The notes under the pieces are model-generated. The model ran no database searches, had not been told where the DNA came from, and saw only the letters and a program-made list of their open reading frames with translations. This document shows, in pieces, positions 36,946-43,782 of a stretch of DNA of 64,000 nt; the first letter of the stretch is position 1; the number at the start of each line of letters is the position of its first letter. Position numbers and translations under genes: made by a program. Origin of the DNA: Lentisphaeria bacterium (GTDB taxonomy: Bacteria > Verrucomicrobiota > Lentisphaeria > Victivallales > UBA1829); contig JAFSZN010000050.1 in the NCBI GenBank assembly GCA_017455665.1, positions 183-64,182 of the forward strand, written 5' to 3'.

Positions 36946-37665
36946 CGAGTACGCTCAAAAGGGCGAACCAAGACATTTATATTGTCCTATAGACAAATGG
37001 ATTGCGGCGTGTGTACAATCCGATTGTCAACAACTTTTTAACAACTTTTGACAATTGACATCATTTTGGACCACAGCCCTGGAAAAACGGTCATCGGTTC
37101 CAAAGCAGTTTCGAGACAACAAAAAATATTTCGTTAATGGGTCGAAGGAACTTGATAGATTTGTTTTCATCATCGTGATTCGGACCGCCCATGTGTTGCC
37201 GAACGGGAAAGAACTTTTTTCGTCGAACATTCTGAATTTGGTCCATTTTTCACGGGCAGGGCATGGCAAAAGCCGTTTTTACCCCCTCGCCTGAGGTCAT
37301 TTTTTTTAGAAGGTGAGAACGATGAAAATTTTTGGGGTCTTTGGGGAGGTTGTCACGAGTTCGGTCTTGTTCGATTTTTTGATGTTTTGGATATAATATT
37401 CTCTGAAAACATGCCAATCTTTTCAAAACATCTTGTGTGTCCAAATGGGGGGGCGTTTACTTTCGGAATAGGGGCTGAGGAGAATTTGCGTCTGATGTTT
37501 TGAGCTCACTTTACTCCCCTACCCTATTGAAAAAGAGACATGTAGATACAAAATATGCCTTTTATCTTCTGCCAGGAAGAAGGAATAAATCAATAGTTTC
37601 TTTTCTTGTGTTTCTGTTTCATAATCCAATGCAGAATGATTACTTGTATTTCGAACAATCTTTTT

Positions 37666-37765
37666 GGACGCATTTGCGTCCGGGGGGCTTGCATTCGCAA
37701 GCCTCGGTAAGCGTGCCTGATGCACGCATCTTTTTTTTATTAACGCGAGACGCGCGAATCAAAAG
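37666..37765 (-). repeat. DFR unit R1 (type A, inverted)
   Basis: Reading the + strand: GGACGC-ATTT-GCGTCC, then GGCTTGC-ATTC-GCAAGCC, then GCGTGC-CTGAT-GCACGC, then ATCTTTTTTTTATT, then AACGCGAGACGCGCG. Confidence 0.9.
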
Positions 37766-37928
37766 GGTGGAGATATTCTTAGGTCGTATACTGTTTGATG
37801 ACGTTATACTTCTTTTCTTGTTACCGCGAGACGCGCAATGCTGAGTAGCGGGAAGAAACAGTGCGTTCATACAGAGCAGACAGCGAATCCATAATCCTAT
37901 GCCCCCTGCCCTAAATTTGACCAAATCA

Positions 37929-38027
37929 GGACGCATTCGCGTCCGGGGGGCTTGCATTCGCAAGCCTCGGTAAGCGTGCCTGATGCACGCATCTTATTTT
38001 CCCATTACCGCGAGACGCGAACGGCAA
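37929..38027 (-). repeat. DFR unit R3 (type A, inverted)
   Basis: Same three hairpins, followed by TACCGCGAGACGCGAACGGCAA, the exact reverse complement of the L2 box TTGCCGTTCGCGTCTCGCGGT. Confidence 0.9.
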
Positions 38028-38532
38028 TTTAAAAGTTAAACATTTCTTCTCACAAGATACAACAATGCAATGAAGGATTACAGGTGACCGCGAGACGCGA
38101 TAAACAAAGTCCTTTTGTGAACTCCCCGGAGACGAGAAATAATAGAAAAGGTTCAGGTTACCGCGAGACGCGCAAGTCAAATTATTCTTTAAAAGTAAGA
38201 TGTGTTTTTTGACAGACCATACAACTGACTTATCCGTTTTTGTTTCGTCTTTCGCCTTCATTAATCTTCAGTACAAAATAGCCTGACAAAGAAAGATCGA
38301 ACGGGGATTCATCCTATGTCTTTCAAGACCTCTTTGAATGATTCCGTGCGAACGGGTGACGGGTCCAGTTCACGTCGTCACCGGGGCGGGGAATCGGGGC
38401 ACAATGAATATTATTATCGTTTTTTGAACTCAAAATACCCCGCCGCCCCTGTCGTATATCGGATTTTTCCGCAAAAAAACAGATCGACTCTTGTTTTTTT
38501 GATTAAGATGGGGTATAATAATTATAAATCTC

Positions 38533-39246
38533 ATGTCTTGTCGCCTCGACTGGAGGATGCCGTCCGTGTACAAAACCGTTTTTTACAATGAAGACGATAA
38601 TATCCGTCTGACCAGGTATTGGTCATCCAAAGACGGGAAACTGATCCTGGATATCCACTCCGTCGGCGCGGAAGAGTATCCCGGACCGAAAGGCAATATC
38701 CAGTTCGATGCCGGGGTATGGTTCGCATACAACGTCTTCGACCGGGACGGACGCATCAAAGTGTCCTATGAGGCGGATGAACCGGACGACCGTTATCCCG
38801 ATGCGTACTGGAGTGTCAATGTGACTTATTTTTACGGCTTTACGGACGAAACGGTCCTGAAAAGCTGTTTCCGGATCCTCATGGACCGGGATTTCCGGAT
38901 CACGAAACGGACCATGGAAGACCTCGAGCTGCGCGATCTGGACGGTCTCCATGTCTTTTACGGGAAACGCCCGAAGTTCCTGCAGCGATACCGGGACGGG
39001 AAAAAGACCGGCGCCAACAGGTATTGTGACGACAAGCGGCTGCAGCAGTTCATCGAAATCGACCATGCCGATTACGCCGGACCGATCGACGTCTCCAGCC
39101 GCGGCTGCCGCAGGATCGAATGCGACGATGCGTTCAAATCGAAGCTTCTCAAATTCGACCGGCTGGTCTTTTATATCAAAAAGGTTTTTCTTGATCCGAC
39201 CTCCAAGTATTATCAAACGCCCCCTGCCCCGGAGAACGGAAAATGA
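38533..39246 (+). CDS. Hypothetical protein, possibly YwqK/MORN-like repeats
   Basis: 237 aa; an alternative start exists at 38557. Gly/Tyr-punctuated beta-hairpin-like repeats (FYGKRPKFLQRYRDGKKTGANRYCDDKRLQQFIEI). Ends with the tail YYQTPPAPENGK shared with the two downstream paralogues. Confidence 0.5.
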   Translation: MSCRLDWRMPSVYKTVFYNEDDNIRLTRYWSSKDGKLILDIHSVGAEEYPGPKGNIQFDAGVWFAYNVFDRDGRIKVSYEADEPDDRYPDAYWSVNVTYFYGFTDETVLKSCFRILMDRDFRITKRTMEDLELRDLDGLHVFYGKRPKFLQRYRDGKKTGANRYCDDKRLQQFIEIDHADYAGPIDVSSRGCRRIECDDAFKSKLLKFDRLVFYIKKVFLDPTSKYYQTPPAPENGK

Positions 39247-39431
39247 TGTTGGGGATACAGGGCACCTCTAAAAATTGGTTTCCGACGGCTTTTCGCGTCC
39301 GGTTTGCTCCTCCCTGACCTGACCAATCAGCATCAAAAAATATGTTTTTTCGCTTGCATTCCTGGGCGAGACGGTGTATAATAAATCAATAATAAAAATC
39401 CAGTTCCGTTCAAACAAATCAGAATATTCTC

Positions 39432-40820
39432 ATGCCGGACAGTCGCACCACGCACAACATAATCTTTTCGAGCATTGGCGTCTTCCTGATCGCCGCAGTC
39501 GTTTTGATCCTGCTGGCAATCCCCCGGGACGATCTTTCACTCGGCAGGATATCGAGGCTTCCCGTGATCCGCCTCTTCATTTCTCCGAATCCCGAACGGG
39601 CCGAAAGATTGTATCTTGCAGGACTCGACCTTGTCGAATACGACAAACAACAGGCGATCGAGTACATCCGGATGGCGGCGGAACTCGGCAATGTGCCGGC
39701 TCAATCCGCGCTCGGGTCTTTCTATTTCAACGGAGACGGCGTCGAACAGGATGCCGCCGAAGCCGTGAAATGGTTCCGCAAGGCGGCGGATCAGGGATTC
39801 CCCGAGGCGCAATCCAACCTCGGAATCAGTTACATAAAAGGCAGGGGCGTCGAACAGGACACCGCCGAGGCCGTGAAATGGTTCCGCAAGGCGGCGGACC
39901 TGGGATTTTCTCCCGCGCAGAACAATCTGGGGCTGTACTGTCTTGAAAACGGCCGGGAGGCAGAGGGGGTCGAACTGTTCCGCAAGGCGGCGGAATACGG
40001 ACTTGCCTCGGCGATGCATAACCTCGCGTTTTGTTATGGCGAAGGCCGCGGCGTCGAAAAGGATCCTGCAGAGGAACGGAAATGGTACCGCAAAGCCGCG
40101 GAACAGGGATACGTCAATTCTCAGTTCAACCTTGGCACGCTCTATTATTCCGAAAAGGGTGACGAGAACCTGAAAGAAGCGGCGAAATGGTACCACATGA
40201 CGGCGGATCAGGGGCTCGCGCAAGGGGAACTCATGCTTGGAGCATTCTATCTGAACGGCATGGGCGTCGAACAGGATATGGCGGAGGCGGTCAAATGGTT
40301 CCGCCTGGCGGCGGATCAGGGTGAAGAGTATGCGGAATACTCGCTCGGCGAGTGTTACAAGAACGGTTACGGCGTCCCACAGGATATGGCGGAGGCGGCG
40401 AAATGGTACCGCTTGGCGTCGGATCAGGGGCTTTCCTACGCTCAATGCGCGCTCGCGTTCTGTTATCGGAACGGGACCGGCGTGCCGAAGGATCCCGCCG
40501 TGGCGGACAAGCTTATCAACGAAGCCATGCCGAAACTGCGCGCGGCCGCGGAACAGGGCGACGCCGAGGCGCAGATGTGGATGGGGAGATGCTACGAAGA
40601 CGGATTCGGAGCGGAAAAGGACGAGCCGAAAGCCATCGAATGGTATCGCAAAGCCGCGGAACAGGACCATGCGGATGCCCAATATTCGCTCGCGCTGATC
40701 CTCAAACGGAACGGAGACGCGGACGAAGCGGAGACGCTGCTTCGCAAGGCTGCCGAATTCGGACATCCGGAAGCGAAAAAACTCCTCGATGTACCCGGTC
40801 AAACAGACCGGAAGCCATAG
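39432..40820 (+). CDS. Membrane-anchored Sel1 (SLR/TPR-like) repeat protein
   Basis: N-terminal TM IIFSSIGVFLIAAVVLILLAI, then about ten 36-aa repeats of the form AEAVKWFRKAADQG...AQ.NLG..Y..G.GV.QD. Confidence 0.85.
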   Translation: MPDSRTTHNIIFSSIGVFLIAAVVLILLAIPRDDLSLGRISRLPVIRLFISPNPERAERLYLAGLDLVEYDKQQAIEYIRMAAELGNVPAQSALGSFYFNGDGVEQDAAEAVKWFRKAADQGFPEAQSNLGISYIKGRGVEQDTAEAVKWFRKAADLGFSPAQNNLGLYCLENGREAEGVELFRKAAEYGLASAMHNLAFCYGEGRGVEKDPAEERKWYRKAAEQGYVNSQFNLGTLYYSEKGDENLKEAAKWYHMTADQGLAQGELMLGAFYLNGMGVEQDMAEAVKWFRLAADQGEEYAEYSLGECYKNGYGVPQDMAEAAKWYRLASDQGLSYAQCALAFCYRNGTGVPKDPAVADKLINEAMPKLRAAAEQGDAEAQMWMGRCYEDGFGAEKDEPKAIEWYRKAAEQDHADAQYSLALILKRNGDADEAETLLRKAAEFGHPEAKKLLDVPGQTDRKP

Positions 40821-40831
40821 GGACAGACAAG

Positions 40832-41524
40832 ATGGAATTATCATCCGGGCGAACGAATGAGATCCTGGGGCCGTGGCGGATCGGCTGGCTGGTCCTTGCC
40901 GCCGCGCTGGCTTCGGCGTACCTGGGGCCTTCGGTCGCGCCGATCGCCGGATATGTGGATTCGTGTGTTTTGGTGCTTTTCCTGTTCTGCGGAGCGGCAT
41001 TCATCGTCCTGTCGGTCTTCACGTTTGTCTGTTACATCCTCGTCGCTCCGTTTCCGGCGTTCTTCCGCCGGGACATCATTCCGTCGTGTTTCCGCCGCAA
41101 CAAAGACGGCACGCCGAAGGTCGCCAGGACGGTTTCCGTTTCGGAGGAATGCCTTTCAAAGATGGAAGACTCTTACGGCCGCGGGGTCGCATTCGATCAG
41201 ATCGTCGTTTATCCCGTTCTGATCTTCCTGTTTGTTCATTATATCTTGACGCGCGGATATGAGGATTATATGAACTGGCGCGATCCGAACGATTACGGGT
41301 TCTACTGGTATCCGGTGTTGTTCGCCGTCCTCTCGATCCCGTGGCATCTGCTCTATGCGTGGCGGAGCGGACGGCATTGTCCGTACTGCCTGACGCCGCG
41401 CACGAAAGACAACTTCGACCTCGAGCATCACGTCTGCATGCGGTGCCATACCCACTTCGTCGCGGGAAACGAAACCGAAACACCAAACGAAACGTCCCCG
41501 GCCCCGGAGGAGAACGGGAAATGA
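40832..41524 (+). CDS. Polytopic membrane protein with C-terminal CPxC...CxxC zinc ribbon (paralogue 1)
   Basis: Track ORF 40352.. is over-extended; the ATG at 40832 gives 230 aa with about 4 TM helices. C-terminus IPWHLLYAWRSGRHCPYCLTPRTKDNFDLEHHVCMRCHTHF and tail SPAPEENGK. Confidence 0.7.
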   Translation: MELSSGRTNEILGPWRIGWLVLAAALASAYLGPSVAPIAGYVDSCVLVLFLFCGAAFIVLSVFTFVCYILVAPFPAFFRRDIIPSCFRRNKDGTPKVARTVSVSEECLSKMEDSYGRGVAFDQIVVYPVLIFLFVHYILTRGYEDYMNWRDPNDYGFYWYPVLFAVLSIPWHLLYAWRSGRHCPYCLTPRTKDNFDLEHHVCMRCHTHFVAGNETETPNETSPAPEENGK

Positions 41525-42213
41525 GAATCAAAGCCCATCATTTATCCATCCAAAGGCTCTTTTTTATCGTGGGACCGTGGCGGATCGCGTCGCTCGCGTT
41601 TGCCGCATTCGGATTTCTTTCTCCGGATGCATTTTATGGGATCGCCGTCCCTCTCGTTATTGCCGTATTCGGTTTCAGCTGCGTGATCCTGTTCGGACTG
41701 ATCATCTTCGTGCCCGCCGAACTGATCGCGGATCTGACCAACGGCAGACGGGGCAGATGTTTCCACGCGGACTTGCGCGAATTGACCGGAAAGAAGAAAC
41801 AGGACCGCCAGCCGATGATCTTCAGGACGTATCCCGTGCCGGAAAGCTGGCTGGCGAAGATGGAAAATCTTACCAGTCACTGGGAAGGATTCCTCCAGAC
41901 TTTTGTTTTCCCCGCGATGATCGTCGGGTTGATTGCGAACTGCATGCACGGCTATGACAGATGGTTCGACTTCCATTATCCGATGCTGCCCTACGGATAC
42001 TTTACCTTCGAGGCGGCGTTCATTGCACTCGGAATCCCGTGGCATCTGCTCTATGCGTGGCGGAGCGGACGGCATTGTCCGTACTGCCTGACGCCGCGCA
42101 CGATCGACAACTTCGACCTCGAGCATCACGTCTGCATGCGGTGCCATACCCGGTTCATCGCGGAAAACGAAAACAAACTTGAGCCGCCCCCTGCCCCGGC
42201 GGACAAAGCATAA
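41521..42213 (+). CDS. Polytopic membrane protein with C-terminal zinc ribbon (paralogue 2)
   Basis: ATGA overlap with paralogue 1. Also exactly 230 aa with the same C-terminal block (…PRTIDNF…CHTRF) and tail PPPAPADKA. The N-terminal two-thirds are strongly diverged. Confidence 0.7.
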   Translation: MRIKAHHLSIQRLFFIVGPWRIASLAFAAFGFLSPDAFYGIAVPLVIAVFGFSCVILFGLIIFVPAELIADLTNGRRGRCFHADLRELTGKKKQDRQPMIFRTYPVPESWLAKMENLTSHWEGFLQTFVFPAMIVGLIANCMHGYDRWFDFHYPMLPYGYFTFEAAFIALGIPWHLLYAWRSGRHCPYCLTPRTIDNFDLEHHVCMRCHTRFIAENENKLEPPPAPADKA

Positions 42214-42337
42214 GAAAAAGCGCCCTGCCCGAAGCCGCCTTCCATATTGAGGAAAACTGCTCCGGACAGGACGCCCGGTCATGGCGGGATCCCGGATCGA
42301 ACGGGACACCCGTTCCATGATCTGAGATCGAGGGGAC

Positions 42338-42724
42338 TTACAGCGTATTCAGCCCGAGGTCACCACCTCCTCTGCTCTGATGTGACAGACGGCGGAGCGC
42401 CTTCTTCGCGGTCCGTCTTCTGTGGCGGAGAGGCCTGCCGAGCCGGACGGGCAGCAGATACCGCCGCGCGGTGCGATCCGCCACGTGAAGTCTCTGCGCG
42501 ATGACGGTGGGGTTGCCCACCCTCTCGTAGTAGAACATCTTGTAGGCGGCCCAGCGTTTCGGCTCCCGGCTTGCCCAGTCCGCCAGCAGGATCATCCGCC
42601 GCAGCGTTTCGGTTCCCGGCATGTCATTCTTTTTCCACGAGGCGGTGTCGTATTCCGCCTCGCGCAGGATCTGGTCCATACCGATGCCATGATCTGAACC
42701 GATCTCTTCGTTGTATTCACTCAT
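42338..42724 (-). CDS. Small HTH protein, sigma-70 region-4-like (putative transcription regulator)
   Basis: 128 aa. YKMFYYERVGNPTVIAQRLHVADRTARRYL resembles a region-4/LuxR-type HTH, with a basic C-terminal tail. Family not identified. Confidence 0.45.
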   Translation of the reverse strand: MSEYNEEIGSDHGIGMDQILREAEYDTASWKKNDMPGTETLRRMILLADWASREPKRWAAYKMFYYERVGNPTVIAQRLHVADRTARRYLLPVRLGRPLRHRRRTAKKALRRLSHQSRGGGDLGLNTL

Positions 42725-42978
42725 GATAACGTCCGCATCTTTCTTCCGTTTACGTTTTTATGGATGGGGTACATGTTCAATAAGGTGGATGTGTCTGGGG
42801 ATTCTGTCGTACAATTGTACGACACATCGGGCGGCGAGCGGTTCATGCGCGGTCCTTTCTTTTCGAGATTTGAAGTGTATGATTCGATGCCGGATCCGGG
42901 CGCCTGAATCCGTTTGCGGAGGCATCCTCCCGAATCCGGGAAAATATAGTACGTATCCCAGCCAAAGTCAAGCTCAAA

Positions 42979-43019
42979 TTGAAACTTTTCTGAAACTTTA
43001 TTGAAACTAGTTTCAATAA
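42979..43019. promoter_or_regulatory. Phased TGAAAC hexamer array ending in a 10-bp inverted repeat
   Basis: TGAAAC at 42980, 42991 and 43002 (11-bp phasing), plus an inverted GTTTCA at 43010. TTATTGAAAC-TA-GTTTCAATAA is a perfect palindrome (42998-43019). Lies between the divergent HTH gene and yjbQ. Confidence 0.4.
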
Positions 43020-43180
43020 AACATCTCACAAATCTGATCGTCAAAAAGAAAGAATCAAGGATCAGCCCTGCCCTGTCCGGCACAAAAACCGCTTCACGCG
43101 CTTGCAAACAGGGATCGCGCGCAGTATATTATTTGTCGGAAACGAATCAAACAAGCATCCATCGAAAGGAACCATCCATC

Positions 43181-43582
43181 ATGGCAGAATTCTTCGTCAA
43201 GACCAGCCGTCACTGCGAGATCATCGACATCACCGAGGACGTCAACCGCGTGCTGCCGCAGTCCATGGCGTGCGGCATGTGCCACATCTACTGCCCCCAC
43301 ACGACCGCCGGGATCACGATCAACGAGAACGCCGACCCGGACGTGAAGCACGACGTGCTGCAGAAACTCTCCTCGCTCATCCCGCACGACGAGGCGTATT
43401 ACCAGCACTGCGAGGGCAACAGCGACGCGCATCTGAAGGCGATCCTGACCGGATTCTGCCAGACCGTGCCGTTCCGCAACGGACGTCTTGAGCTCGGCAC
43501 CTGGCAGGGCATCTATTTCTGCGAGTACGACGGACCGCGTACGCGCCGTGTGAAAGTCTACTTCGAACCTGCACAGGATTGA
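43181..43582 (+). CDS. yjbQ: YjbQ/UPF0047-family protein (secondary thiamine-phosphate synthase-like)
   Basis: Track ORF is over-extended; the ATG at 43181 gives 133 aa. HTTAGITINENADPDV and EGNSDAHLKA are typical of the family. Confidence 0.85.
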   Translation: MAEFFVKTSRHCEIIDITEDVNRVLPQSMACGMCHIYCPHTTAGITINENADPDVKHDVLQKLSSLIPHDEAYYQHCEGNSDAHLKAILTGFCQTVPFRNGRLELGTWQGIYFCEYDGPRTRRVKVYFEPAQD

Positions 43583-43619
43583 CCCCTCCCCTGCCCTGCT
43601 TCTTCCTCAAAAAGAATCT

Positions 43620-43662
43620 CCCCTGCCCCGGAATCATATTCGAGGCAGGGGTTCGTTTTTTT
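43620..43662 (+). terminator. Rho-independent terminator
   Basis: CCCCTGCC/GGCAGGGG stem with a 16-nt loop, followed by TTCGTTTTTTT. Confidence 0.6.
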
Positions 43663-43782
43663 AGCCTGTATACATAAAAAGCCCGTAGAAAGCATTTACG
43701 GCTTTCCACGGACTGTTGTGGCAACCTGATTCCTTGTGCCCGAGCGAAGCCGGGCACTGCCGCAGTGGAGGCGTTCGCCTCC

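Larger units (their letters stand above)
37666..38173 (-). repeat. Right array of dif-flanking repeats (DFR), inverted orientation
   Basis: Full units lie at 37666-37765 and 37929-38027 (reverse complement of the left-array unit). Box-only copies ACCGCGAGACGCG lie at 37822-37837, 38086-38100 and 38159-38173, with a degenerate copy at 38126-38136. CCCTGCCC at 37904 sits in the position expected from the left-array unit order. Confidence 0.9.

Noticed and set aside
36961-37300. Inverted repeat ATTGTCAA-N16-TTGACAAT with twin TTGACA hexamers (about 37024-37058), and ORFs 37027..37269 (-) and 37055..37294 (+).
   Set aside because: There is no matching -10 element at proper spacing on either strand. 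The ORFs overlap each other antisense, with no RBS or motifs. Possibly a protein-binding site, but it is unsupported.
35600-37900. A second, degenerate dif site that would mark an integrated IMEX element next to dif.
   Set aside because: I checked the CATAA/TTATG-containing stretches (about 35620-35650, 37620-37650, 37885-37905). None keeps both Xer arms with a 6-bp spacer, so an IMEX is not supported. Eroded scars cannot be excluded.
35550-38300. CRISPR array hypothesis for the repeat-rich AT-rich gap.
   Set aside because: The repeat units are ~95-100 nt, degenerate and irregularly spaced (about 70-240 nt). They occur in both orientations and share sequence in the inter-unit segments. No cas genes are in the window.
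35550-38300. Integron attC array, or tRNA/tRNA-like genes, as an explanation for the hairpin units.
   Set aside because: No intI gene, no RYYYAAC/GTTRRRY core sites and no cassette ORFs between units. The hairpin loops are 3-5 nt and there is no acceptor-stem pairing, so a cloverleaf cannot be drawn.
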